A stretch of 64,000 nt of DNA from Azolla caroliniana (taxonomy: Eukaryota > Plantae > Polypodiophyta). Below the pieces are notes generated by a model. The model searched no databases, had not been told where the DNA came from, and worked only from the letters and a program-made list of their open reading frames with translations. Positions 27,225 to 40,267 of this stretch are shown one piece after another. Position 1 is the first letter of the stretch. Every line of letters begins with the position of its first letter. The translations under genes were made by a program, and so were the position numbers. The DNA is taken from the NCBI GenBank assembly GCA_043228905.1, contig JBHGNT010000002.1:1674001-1738000 (forward strand), in the 5' to 3' direction.

Positions 27225-30200
27225 CTACGAACTAACTACCTCAGCATTGCTCACAATGCTTGTTGGTATGCTTGTTGTGGTGCTCACAGCAATGCTTGCC
27301 GTTCTAGGGACATTTATCTTTGCTCGAATTGTCGCACGCCCAAGCCGTGATCGATCAAGAGCCTTAACAATAGCATCCACATCAGTGACCCCTTCATTGA
27401 AGAATATTTGTGCCATTGGTCTGGAGCTTCCTTGTTTCCTAATGATATTCACTTTCAACACATCTGCTCCTGCTTTAGATGCATGATCTTTCAATTCCCT
27501 CCATGAGGTCGAGACATCGAGATTCCATACAAACACACTGTCTACATTGCTAGATTTGTCTGTAGTATCTTGCTTCTTGACGGGTGGCTTTGTACCTCTA
27601 CGCTCTGCAGTAGGTGGAAGCTTTTCTGAGGGCCCTACAGGAAGTTTCGTGCCCGTCTCTTTCTCGATTTTCTTCTTGAGCTCTCGCAATACACGGATCT
27701 GGCCAAGCTTCTCAGGTGACAGAAGCTCCCAGTATATCCCTACAGAAAAAAACATGAGTTCAGCTCTTCGTACTTACACGTACTAGACCAGGCATATTAA
27801 GTGCTTCTGGATATAGTTCAGTTCATATGCGAGCACAGAAAGAACTGGATTTGGTAATTAATCAAAGATAGCTACTTTTTGTAGAGGGAAGCCTAGAGAG
27901 CACATTAAGACCTCTGGATATCTATGGAGCTCTATCCACAAAGAAAGAGGGCATAGAGAGATGGAATTTAAATAGAAGCATTATTTGTGGCCATGGTTCT
28001 GTATATCCAAATCACATGGATGGACAAAACACTATGAAAAAACATAGCAAATCCATTCTTGCAAGATGTTTCTCCATGTAAATGTCTCTCTTCAATCCAA
28101 ACATCCACGCCTATTGATCACCGGAAGGTAGAAAAAGATAAAACAGAGTTTCTCACCATGTATTTCTACAACAATAAAAGCTTGAAGGCCACAGCACACT
28201 GTGGTCTGTTAGCAAAACCATGTGCATTTTTTCGGCAATTTTAAATCTCCAAAAAATGGGAGACAAATGACCCTTCTGGAAACCCTTTCTTTAGATAATA
28301 TCCCTTTGAAAATAAAGGTTGCAAAAGATGCTCAACATGTACATAATCTCAAGGTGTAAAACTCTCTGCTTCAATCCAGTAGACAATGTATTCACATGCC
28401 ATTGGATGGTGAAGATACACACACAAAGAGTTTTTATTGTTGATCTCTGCACCGATAAAAGCTCAAAGGCCAGATGCAAGAAAGCAGACCTTCAGCAGAA
28501 CTTGTGCATCCAAACTATTAAGGACACCAATCTCTCCCTATTAGTGACATTGTTTGGGCAATGTTTCTTCTATTAATTTGTCAGGTTCCCTTTTTCATGC
28601 AATAAAGTGAAAGGAAAATTATCAGAAAATACCACAATACTATAAAAAAGGTGGCAGATATTTTATATATTTCTATTGAACTCTATTTTCTTTATAAAAC
28701 TACGACACTTTCAATACTCTAGCTCAATCTCTAAGTATTAGCAACATTGTTTGAAGATTTTTCTTCTGCTAATTTTCTATTAGCACAATATAGTCTAGCT
28801 CAATCTCTCACTATCAAGCTTCCTTTTTCATGCATAAAAGTAATAGGAAATTATCAGAAAATACCACAATAATACAAAAAATGGCAGAAATTTTATATAT
28901 TTGTATCAGATTCTATTTTCTTTATAAGACTCACATTTTCAAGAATGAGGAAATCTGTTTCCTGAAAACCATGTATCATCCGCATATTATAAATCTAAAA
29001 GAAGAGAAGAGAACCTTTCGGCTTCGGAATGGCCGTATTAGTGTAGATTATACGCGTAGGTGTGCAAATGATATCTACCGGCACATCATGAATTTTCAGC
29101 TTTTCAACAGGTATATCATCCACAAGCTGTTTATCATGAACTGCAAACCAGAAGAAGCTTTCATATGATAAGTGTTTTCAAATTTTCATAAATTTAAATA
29201 TTCCATCTTTTCCTACTCACTTGATGTGACCACTATTGTCGAATCATCAATGGCACCCATATGTCTCAACATGCCATATTCCAACTCTGCAAACCCCTGT
29301 CCAAGTACGAAACCAATAAAAACCTACATTTTCTTTGCATTGCCATTTTCCAGGTGTTGTACTCCTGATCCAGGTATTACATGGAAAATAAGAGTACTTG
29401 CCTCTCCTTTTCCGAGACGAGCACCAGTTTTAGGATCCACTGCAACAGATCCAATGACAATCAAATCCACCTTTAATTCAGCATCAAGCCCCAGTGGTTT
29501 TCCATACTTTGCTACACCAAGAGCAGTACAAGCTTCTGCCAAGACACCCTCTGGCAACGTTGAAGCTTCAAGTTCGCAAAAGAAACCAGTTCGCAATCTT
29601 GGTTGTGGTGTCAGGAGCTTCTTCTTGGCTATGTACAGAAAAAGAGAAAGAAATTTAAAAACAAATCCCTTGACATGTATTAGAACCAATGGTGGACATG
29701 GACATCACCATTACCTTCTAATGTAAGATATCGCACTTGCTTCTGTGGAGTATCGGGATTAACTTTCACACAGTTGGCTGCCTGAAAAACTGGGAGGCTG
29801 GCCAACTTTCTTGTAAAATGAAAGAAATGGTGTCAAAAGTTTTGTATAAGAAAAATAAAACTTTTATTGGGCTTGCTAGCTGAATATTCTTAAGGATGAG
29901 TGAAATGATGAACCAAAAAGAAAGGTAGGGTTACATGATAAGAAAATGCTACACACACATAATTAGCTACGGAAGATTGACAATAATGATCAGTACTTAA
30001 CTAGTAATAATGAAACCAAGGAATCTGATGATAAATGAGTACTATACCGGCAATGCAGTGTTGATTACAAAAGAGGCAACCATGCCACATAATCATGGTT
30101 ATACCAAACTCTTTGCCATAATCTTATTCTCCCTAATTCGTTTTGATCTGGAATTCTTTCCAAGCCAAAGAATCTGATGATAAATGAGTACTATACGGCA

Positions 30201-31237
30201 ATGCAGTGTTGATTCCCAAAAGAGGCAACCATGCCACCTAATCACGGTTCTACCAAACTCTTTGCCATAATCTTATTCTCCCTAATTCGTTAACAGATTC
30301 AACCCAGCCAGTATCCTAATATCTCTTGCCCGCCTTCCTTCCTTTTTCTTCTTCTTCTTCTTCCTCTTTCTTTAGTCATCTCATTCAGAAACATCAACCC
30401 GTTGCACCACCACCAAATAATTCAACCAATGCTACTCTCAAAACCCTAAATTCTAAGATTACAAATGGTCAGATTCCAATTCTCTTACAAACTTCTCTTT
30501 TCACTCCTCTTTTACTTCTTTCTGTACCTCTCTATGTTTCCCCTACTTTTCTCTTGGTCTCATCCTCTCTCCTTCTTCTCCTTCTTCTCCTTCTACCACT
30601 TCCTCTCTTTTAGGTTTTGTCTCAGATTTAAAAAAGAAAGAAAGAGGACATGGCAAATTATCTTTACCAATTCAAGAAAAGAAAATAACAATCCGAGAGT
30701 GTTGTGCATTACAAAGAGCCGGACTAAGGAGTGGGTGGAGGAGGCCCAGACCTTTGAAGCTGCAGTAGACGCCCCGACAAAGTTGGGGATGCGGTGATGG
30801 ACAGGGCGGGGATGCACTGCAAGGTTCTCGCGCTCCATCATATCCCACACGCGCTTCCGGATCAACCACTTCCATGCCCCATCATTGGAGGCAGCAGAAT
30901 CAGGGGAAGATGAGGCGTCAAGATTGGCAGCGGCATCGGCCGCTTCCTTCATGTCGAGGCGGGCCTGGGCATCGAGGCGGAGGCGTTCAGATTCGAAAGC
31001 TTCACTCGCGAATTCGGACATGGGCGGAGGTTGGGCGCGCACAGCAGGGGGGGAGGGACAGGGCAATGTTGATGAAGAAGGAAGAGGGAAGAGCGTCGAT
31101 GCAGTAGTAGAGAAGGATAATGACGATGATGGAGAAGATCGGAACAGAAAAGGAGAAGCAGAAGAAGAAGAGGAAGAAGCAGAGCAAGAAGAAGTGGGGA
31201 AAGAAGAAGGCAGACTCATTTGCAAGGGAAACGCCAT
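27225..31237 (-). CDS. COG0212: 5-formyltetrahydrofolate cyclo-ligase paralog COG0212 (MTHFSD-like) with plastid transit peptide and C-terminal RRM-like domain; exons 31237-30752, 29805-29715, 29628-29402, 29296-29221, 29140-29015, 27739-27225
   Basis: Motifs [81 protein letters not shown] and [12 protein letters not shown]. Intron 3 has a GC donor. Confidence 0.95.
28586..28930. repeat. Intronic diverged duplication of ~110 bp (28586-28700 and 28820-28930)
   Basis: TTTTTCATGCA...TTATCAGAAAATACCACAATA...TCTATTTTCTTTATAA occurs twice. Confidence 0.85.
30016..30291. repeat. Recent intronic duplication of ~127 bp (30016-30142 and ~30164-30291)
   Basis: GAATCTGATGATAAATGAGTACTATAC...CTTATTCTCCCTAATTCGTT occurs twice with few differences. 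Confidence 0.93.
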
Positions 31238-31367
31238 ATCCTAATCTCTCTGGGTCTCTGTCTCTGTCTCTGGGTCTCTGTTTCTGTCTATCTGTCACTC
31301 CATCAATGGCTATGGCTTATAGTCTTCTAGAGACATCTTCATGATTCTTCTTCTTCTTCTTTCTTAC

Positions 31368-33545
31368 TATTTTTTTTCTTTGTATTTAGTGTATTGAGTA
31401 ATGAAAGTTTTGGATTGATCAAACACAAATAGTTGCCTGTGTATGGATGTATGTATTTTTTTTCTTTGTATTTAATGCATTGAGTAATGAAAGTTTTGGA
31501 TTGATCAAACACAAATACCTTACCTCGTCCTAGAGGAGGATTAGGTATTATTGATCCAATAGACCAATCAAGAGCATTGTAAATAAGTTGCTCATTAGAA
31601 GATTTACGTCGGGGCAAGAGATATGGAAAGTATTATTGCTTGACCGTTGTTCAGATTGCTCTCCTAGCTTAGGTGCCCCCTGATCGAAGGATGTAAATTG
31701 GATATTTTGGGAAAATTTCCGAATACCTTCGGCCAATAGATGGGAAGACAAATTTATTAGGACATTATTTTCAGCATAGAAACAAGTATTACCTAGTTTG
31801 CTTCGTAGTAAACCCAACCCCAAACATTACCTTGACTATCTCAGACAAATGATCGTTTGGAACCAGTTGTTTACAACATCAGATGGTTTAGTGTTGGGTT
31901 CTAGTCAATGGTTATCGTGGGGAAAAATGACAGAAGGTCCCGCGAAAACAGTTCAGACCTGGCAATAATTTTTATTGTGTTCATAGGAAGAGGAAAAAGA
32001 AATCCTAGGTAATATGCATGGCGGCCAAATAATGTATTAACAAATTCAGGAAGCTATGAGTAGACTCCTCATAGCACCCAATAACTCTAACCATAGATGG
32101 GTTGGGGTTTTTCAAGATTGGAAGTACTCTTGGGTATTAAGGGGTGTTCAAATGATAAGACCTACCAACTTTTTGAGGTGGATGAAACGAACCAATTGTC
32201 CTAGTCAGGGGAAATGGTGATAGATTACCCTTATGCTATTGGACACAAGATAAGGGTCATTGGATATGCCGACCATAAATGGTATATCGATCCAATGATA
32301 GAGGAAATAAGGGCACATTGGAAGTTGTGGGTGTTGGTTAAAACCCCTGGTATTCAGATTAGATTGGGACCCAATTGATTATCAGTGGATTGATCCTTTT
32401 ACGGGTAACAAGTTCAATTTCTTTCAATATTCTGTACAATTGGGAAGACATGTGCTTTCAGATACACGGGATGTGTTACCGGTTGCATTTCAATATTCGA
32501 ATCAACAAGGTATTACTCCCCAATTCCTTGCAAACTTCTAGGTTATCTTATGGGCAAGAAAACAACAACACCAAATATTGCATGTACAATGGTTACTTGT
32601 ACACCGAGCCTTGCCGGTTGGCACATGGTTGCATAGAATGGGAGTATCTTTTGGTTGTGCTCGATGCCATTTACAAACGGAAACTCAAAAACATTTGTTT
32701 ATGGGAATGCATTGAGTCTCAAACGATATGGCAATGTCTCCTTAAAAATTCTGCTAACTATTTCCCCCCATTGGTTTTCATTTGGGGCATGGTGGTTTGG
32801 ACATCACTGGTTTGTGATGCGTTCCATTATGACACTGAATCTATGAACCATGGATTTTACACTAAATCTAGAAGTGTTCATACATTACCATTGTTGTCAT
32901 TATAGTTTTTAGGAATACGGAAGGAAGTCCAACCAGTATGGGAGATACCGAGTAGTACCATTGTATATCACATCTGGAAGGCTCGGTGCTCTCTCGTTTT
33001 CCATCAACTTAAAACATTACCAGCTCTATTGGTTTCAAATATTTGGTTAGACATAGTTCATACTATGAAGGGTCAATGGGATGGTATAGTTGGAGATTTT
33101 GATGCTAAAACTGCTCAACGGCATGAGTTTCTTATCGTCTAGACAACTACTCCATTCATGACATCCAATTACAACACTCCTTATTGGCATTTTCAGCCTC
33201 CGAAATGGTTGTTTCCCTCGCCGATCACATAGAATTTTAAAATCTTGTAAAATGTTTACACTAATGACAAGATATCTTCTTTCAAAATAAAAATAAAAAG
33301 TTGCATATATGTATGTATTTTTCTTTGTATTTAGTGCATTGAGCAATGAAATTTCTAGATGATCAACACAAATAGTTGTCTATGTATGTATGTATTTTTT
33401 TCTTTGTATTTAGTGCATTGAGTAATGAAACTTCTAGATGATCAACACAAATATTGCATGTATGTATGTCTTTTTTCTTTGTATTTAGTGCATCGAGTAA
33501 TGAAAGTTCAGGATGATCAAACACAAACAGTTGCCAATATGTATG
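31368..33545. repeat. ~77-bp tandem array split by a LINE (2 units at 31368-31517; ~3 units at 33300-33545)
   Basis: Unit TATGTATTTTTTTCTTTGTATTTAGTGCATTGAGTAATGAAA...GATCAAACACAAATAGTTGC. Confidence 0.92.
31518..33299 (+). mobile_element. 5'-truncated, degenerate L1-type LINE (zf-RVT region) with A-rich tail
   Basis: Frameshifted WLLVHRALPVGTWL, CARCHLQTETQKH, CLWEC and YHIWKARCSLVF; ends in CAAAATAAAAATAAAAA. Confidence 0.85.
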
Positions 33546-33559
33546 GTAGCTCACTTCAC

Positions 33560-34400
33560 AGGCTAAAGAACTCGCCGGAGAAAGAACTTCTCAGGGTGCC
33601 ATGCTGCATAACACTCCAAAAGGATGGTCCCCCCCCAACATTGTGATTGATCGTAGCACACTTATTCTCATCACATTCCTTTAAGGAAACAATTAGGATG
33701 CATAATCGTATTTATGTTAGGATTAACTACATAACAATCGTGATCATGATTAACCGTTGCCAATGAATGATCAAGCCTATATAGGCCTTGTATTGAATCA
33801 TGTATTGTTGTGGTTGGAGTTCCAACAACACTTACGTGATTATAATGCAATTGGCATTTTCTATTAATCCCCATGGGTTTATGTGAGGATGGATCGCAAA
33901 GGTAGGGTTCCTTTGCTTTTGATCGTCAAGAGCTACCAAAGAAACAACCAACCCACCCCTTTTGGTTGCAGGTAGCAAATGGAATTCAATATGGCACTCA
34001 TATTATAATATCCAATTATGTACACGTGGGACATGCGATTGAGGATTGTCCACAATGACCTAGAAGGTAGAGCATTTTAATCGTGATTTATGTATTAGAT
34101 GTGTGGGGTATGGCCTATAAGGATTCAAAATAATGAGAACGAGGAAGCACTTAAGGATTGGAATGCTGAGGTCGAAGTTTCACACCTTTGGCCTTATAGC
34201 AAAGGATTAAGTAAAATTGGACAAGTTTTTTGTGAAATTTGATAAATTGCTAGTAAGTTAAGTAGAAGTGAATAGCAAGAATATGCCTCCTCAAGGGAAG
34301 AGATAGTGTCAATGTTAAACCCTTGAAATGTGGTCAAGATCAAAGTTACAAATCTTTCAACTTTATAAACCTTAGATGTGATTTTGAGGATTAACACCAG
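33560..34400 (+). mobile_element. LINE ORF1-like remnant
   Basis: Zinc-knuckle remnant HVGHAIEDCP at ~34023-34052; multiple stops. Confidence 0.4.
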
Positions 34401-36785
34401 GAATTGAAAGGCATGAAAGAGATAGAGGTATTCGGTAAATCACATTCCATTACATAATGTCGTGAGGTTTGCGATCCTTAATAGCTAGCCAGAGTTTCAC
34501 CATTCCTATATTCGGTTTCCTTATTGAAACTTACCAATGGAATTCAAATAAAAATGTGGATCATCAAAGTAGAGTGGGAGATAAGATATTGGAAAGGTCA
34601 ATACAAGAGGTATCGTAATTGTCTATGAAATGCCACCACAAACTTGGATATTGAATATAATAACTCTTCAAGCACAAGAATTGTCGTGTAGTGGAGGAAG
34701 AAGGGGAAAATGCATGAATTCATGAATTTGAGCATAAATCAATAGGCATGATGTTACAAGACGGACAATAGGAAAGGCAAATTGGATATGCAATTTGATA
34801 ATAACTCAATTCCTTCATCTTTTTGACACAAAATACACTGAGATATGAGTTGTCCCACCCTTCTTCATTTGATATTGATGATAGAACTGCTCAAAGGCTT
34901 GAAAGAGGTGATTCAACAAGTTGCATTTCTAGAAGAAGCTTGCAAACGACTTCTTGAATATGGCACCTTGATCAAATTTCATACTCATCGCTCTTAAGGT
35001 TATGATTTTGGATGAAGTAACCAACCATGATCTTTACTTTATCTATGATGGATATTTCTAGCTACGTCCAAATTTCATAAAGGGAGAAGATAAAAGAAGG
35101 ACAATTTACCAAGATATTTACCCTATCTACAATTGATGTTGTAAAGTCTATATTCTTCCTTCTATATGAGGGGTTTCTTTTATATTACTTGTAGATTTTA
35201 TTAATGAATGTAAAATGAAGCCTAACATGGAAGACTTTAACCTTGTTATGATTAGATCAAACTAATGATATTATTGGAAATAAAGACATAAATAAGTTAG
35301 GACGTTGTTTCTCCCAACCACCCACGAGCAATGGATTTGAGGTGATCCCCAAACCCCAATGACATCCCATACCACTGCGCATGGTCTTGAGATATACCTT
35401 GGGTTATATTAGGTGATAGGTGCCTTGGCACGAGAACTTCGCCAAGCCACCAAAGTCTTAGATTCCCCCCAAGGAAATGATAAAATGAGGTAGCTAGTCC
35501 CATATTTATATCTTATGCCAACTCATTGGCTTTTGGGATCCTAGATCTAATATGCCTATCATCTCCTCAAATTCTATCGATCTTTAATTGTCATGATGAC
35601 ATGTCATTCACAAAGCTTAATCAAGTATGCCAACACAAACTTGTATGCTACAATATTAAGCCATGTCCTCTTCAGGCGAAAATAGTACAAGCTTCAAGGA
35701 TACAATGTCCAATATAGTAAGTAGAGTCTAAATAAGGAAAAGAGTGTATGTCCACCCAAGTGTGAAACATGGTAAGGTTAAGAGCTCAAGTATGTAAAAG
35801 AAGTTTAAAAGCCCCTTTGAAACTTTTTTACTACTTCGACATTAGTTTTCATGGTCTAAGCTAGAGAATCTTGATCTTCTCATTGATTATCGGTAAGTGG
35901 TTAACTCTAAGCCTTACATGAATCGCTTCCTAGAGTGGTGTTTGATTGATTGTAGCATGTATTAATTAGATTTCCTTCTCTTTTGATATGTTTAAGAGAG
36001 TACTTTAATTTTACGTGTTTCTTCATTTTGTTAGTTTCATAAGAGACCGAGGAGAGGCTTCCTTAGGTCGTTAACATGATGGTGTGTAGCTTAAGGGTTA
36101 TCGGTGACTAATCTTAATTGTCTTGTCAACGATGGCATGTAGCTTAACTGATTTGATCTTGCATCATGACCTCGGTAGGGAGATTGAACTTGAACCTAGA
36201 GAATGATACACATGGTGTAACACACCTAGAAGCCATACGCACACCAAAAGCATATGTGAATTGGCAACCAAATACTAGTTTCATGAGGTAGAGATATCAT
36301 CTAGTATCAAGGAGAGGAAGAATGGATAAGTGTGAACATGGTGGTGAACGTAGTGTCAACAATGTGAAACAACAATCGAGACACTTCAACCCGTTGAATG
36401 TGTAATGTGCAATGACAATATTATTTTTCCATCCCCATGGCGATGAAATTCTTGCAAATTTGTAAAGAGTTCTAGCTTGGACGAAGCATGGATGTAACAA
36501 CCGATTTGTGGTTATGGTGCAGGGTGACAAGATTGCCATTCATGGGGGGTGGGAATCCAACTTGAGTGGATCAATTGGCAAAGCGAGACATTGGCACGGT
36601 GGGGCCGGGCCGAAAAGAGTTCGTTTAGGAAGGGAGGAGCTCGAACGAGAGGTGTTATGAGAGGATAAGAAGAGGTGGAGAAAAAAAGTGAGCACAAGAG
36701 TAAATTGTGAGGAGGAGGAAGATGATGGCAGAGTAGTGGGGCAAGGAAGGAATGGGTGATTGAGAGAGATTCCAAAACTTGGTGT

Positions 36786-36991
36786 ATTTTGATAGTATGT
36801 ATGTATGTATGCATGTGTGCGCATGTATTTGATAGTGTAAGCATGTATGTATGCATGTGTGTATGTATTTTGATAGTGTATAAATGTACAATCACAATGT
36901 ATGCATACACATGTGTATGTATGTGTGTGTATGTATGTATGTATGTATGTATGTAAGTGTATGTGTGTATGTATGTATGTATGTATGTAAT

Positions 36992-37023
<32 letters not shown>

Positions 37024-37049
37024 CATGTGTATGTATGTATGTATGTAAT

Positions 37050-37081
<32 letters not shown>

Positions 37082-37195
37082 CATGTGTGTGTATGTATGT
37101 ATGTGAGTGAGTGAGTGAGTGTGTGTATGTATGTATGTATGTATGTATGTATGAATGTATGTATGTATGTAGTGAAAGTATGTATGTGTGTGTGG
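36786..37195. repeat. Long compound (TATG)n/(TG)n/(TGAG)n microsatellite upstream of CAS
   Basis: About 400 bp of simple repeats, directly visible. Confidence 0.97.
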
Positions 37196-37528
37196 TGGTG
37201 TGAGAGGCTGAGAGCTGCCCTGTTTCTGCACTTTCTGGATAGAAGGGATGTTAAAGCTACCATGTCCAACCAATAGATTTGCAGAGAGCTTTTGCAGGAG
37301 CCAATGGGATTTGCCAGGCAGACACAGAGACAGACAGAGACACAGACAGAGAGGTAGGGACTGAGTCTGTTCCCCTTTTTTACTTTGTTATGCATAAGGT
37401 ATCCATAGCCAAGTAGCTCTCTTCACTCACTCTCTCAAACCCCCTGTAGAGAGAGAGAGAGAGAGAGAGAGCCCTTGTGGTGTGCTTTCCTCAGGAAGGT
37501 GCTTCAACAGAAATAGCATCATCAAGAC

Positions 37529-40267
37529 ATGGCTGCAGCTTCTTGTCGATCCCTGAACCTCACCTCACCTGAACCCTCCCTCACTTCTCCTGTCCCTCTC
37601 TCCTCCTCCTCCTCCTCCTCCTCCTCCTCTGCATTTGGAGAACGATTCTCTCCTGCTAACCCTAAATCTTTGCAGATATTCCGAAAGGGTAGGATCCAAT
37701 CCACCATCCCCATCTCTGTCCGCTCCAAATTGTCATCAGATGAAGACTCTGTTTCATTCTTGAAGAATTCATCCGTCACCCTCCTCTCCACTTCCCTCAT
37801 TGCATCCTCGGGTCCAGCCTATGCCCTCACTGCAGAAGAGATAACTGATGGCCTCTTAAAGGTACACACACATTCACATATCCCTCCCCAAGAGAGCATT
37901 ACACGATATGCATAGGCTATAGATACACATACACGCACATAAGCATATGCATACAAACCTTTAATGTTCTGAAGAATTTCCTTACACACTCCTCTGCAGA
38001 TCCAAGAAGTTACCGAGAAGGCTACCGGAGTTATTGGCAATGCTTATGGGACAGGCAAAGCATTTGTCGACCAGTTTCTTACCATAGTCAAGCCTGCTAT
38101 TGATGCTGCAGCTCCTTATGTGAAGCAAGCTGCAGATGCTGCCTTCCAAATTGCAACCCCCATTGCTTCTGATGTAGCATCCCAAGCTGATAATGCCCTC
38201 AGGAATGCTGGTGTTGATACACAGACTGTGGTGTATGCAGCCAAGGTCTTCTCTACACTTTTAATGCTTGGAATTGTTATAACAATAAGTCAATTAATTC
38301 AAGAAATGTATGGATTGTTCTGAATTGAGTGTTGGCCCAGTTATGGCTCTAAAGTTTACTGTAGATTGTCGGCACATGGTTCGAGGATGATATTTTCTAT
38401 GGTAGTTAGCAACCTAAATGTAGCCCAGGAGGCACATATGCATTGAATCTCCATGGCTGGGTGATGAGTTCTGTTATCTTGACACCGGCTGACCTTAAAG
38501 ATGGGTATGACACTTCCTTTTAGAAGCCTGCATTGTGGCAAAGATAGTTTAGTGGGTGTGTAAACTGTAAAAGGATACCACTGTTGCAAAATAAGTCTCC
38601 GACATTTTCTAACTGTAATGATCAAATACAGTTCCTACAGTATAGATTACAATCAAACATCATGAACTAGGCATGTTGGTCTAAGTCTCTAAGGAGGTAG
38701 CCATTATCAGAAGTGCCCCTAAACTAAATCCTTTCTGGACCCGAACCCATGAACCTCAATTTATATACACTCACCATAACCAGCAGGCTACCACTGTCAT
38801 TGATTGGCTTGATCCCTATGGTTTTCTTTTATTGTAATGTGTCTATGTTTTGAGCAGACGGCTGTAGAGGTTGCTGGAGAGGCAGCTGAACAAACAGCCA
38901 AGGTCATCGAAAGTGCAAAACCTGTTGCTTCAAGCACTGTGGATTCTATTGTGTCAGCTGATCCTCTTTTCCTTGCTGCTGGTGCTGGAGTTGTAACTCT
39001 ATTTTATTTGTTAACACCCCCTTTGTTATCCTCGATTTCCTACTCTTTACGAGGATATAGGGGTAATCTGAAAACAAAGTCGATCTCTTGTTCCTCATTA
39101 TTCATGCATTTTGGAATCGAAGATTGATCGTTTCTCATTCTTCCTCATAGGTGATTTGTCAGCAGCTCAAGTGCTTGACTTTCTTAGCAAATCCGACTTT
39201 GTACTTATCGATGTTCGAACGGAGAAAGAGAAGTCAAGATCTGGACTTCCGAGCCTTCCTCGGAATGTGAAAAACAAGTCCTTGTCGATCCCGTGAGTGA
39301 TTGTCATAATGTGATTGTTCATCATTGTTAGAATAGTTTCTGGGTAATGTGCTTAGCAAATGTATGACAATGGAAATCCAGATTAGAGGAACTTCCTCCC
39401 AAGGTCAAGGGACAGCTTAACAATTCAAGGAAGGTGGAGGCTGAGATAGCGGCTTTGAAGATTTCTTACTTAAAGAGGATTGGCAGAGGGTCCAACATCA
39501 TACTTCTTGACTCGTATGTGTGCACATTTCCTGTCTCATTTTACCTTGGGTCACATGTCTAACAATGATCGATCCTAATAAGTAATTAACATAGGAAAAC
39601 AAGAAATTAACATAACAAAACAAGGAGTCATGGAATCGGATAGGTAAACGGCCAAAGTAAGAAGAAATTGAAGTGTAGCAATCCCTTTATTTATTAAAAC
39701 TGAAACAGTAGATATTATTCAGACAAGATTTGTTTAGACTTATCTCGATGGCCATACCACACACTTTTAGGAAATTGGCATATATCTAGCATTAATTTGG
39801 ATCCTATTGCACAAACAATCTGGGGCTATCTCTAGCTTTGATTGGACTTTTAATGCATAAGCAAAGTGCACATATCTCTAGTCTTGATTCGACTCCTACG
39901 GCATCATATTAATGCATGGTTGCTTGTATCTTTCTAATAACACAACCCAATCTTCGATACTATGTTAAGAGTCGAAACTTTGATAACCTAACTTAGAAAA
40001 CGGTAAGTTTACAGGTCAGGTGAAGTCGCCAAGTCAGTTGCCAAGTCTCTTTCAAAATTGGGCTTCAACAATGTGTGGGTGGTGGTGGATGGATTTGATG
40101 GTGGAAGAGGGTGGGTTCAGAGTCGTCTCGGAACTGAGTCATATAACTCCATTCTAGCCGAGGTCACCAGAATCATTCCCAGTGGATTGAAAAGCTCCTC
40201 GACAGTCGAAGTAGTCGGTGCTCGTCCAAAGTTCAATAGACTGCTTCCAAGTGGTTCTGAAGACTAA
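37529..40267 (+). CDS. CAS: Thylakoid calcium-sensing receptor CAS (rhodanese-like domain); exons 37529-37861, 38000-38245, 38858-39062, 39151-39292, 39382-39513, 40015-40267
   Basis: Transit peptide, TM segment, LRGYRGDLSAAQVLD, LIDVRTEKEK, VEAEIAALKISYLKRI and DGFDGGRGWVQSRLGT. Junctions are phase-consistent. Confidence 0.95.

Noticed and set aside
30016-30142. Box C/D snoRNA pair
   Set aside because: TGATGA is on the strand opposite the host gene, and there is no correctly placed D box with a terminal stem.
31368-33545. CRISPR-like array
   Set aside because: The units are contiguous with no unique spacers, there are no cas genes, and the context is eukaryotic.
36512-37395. His/Thr/Tyr-rich ORFs of 253 and 167 aa
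   Set aside because: They are translations of the (TATG)n/(TG)n microsatellite.
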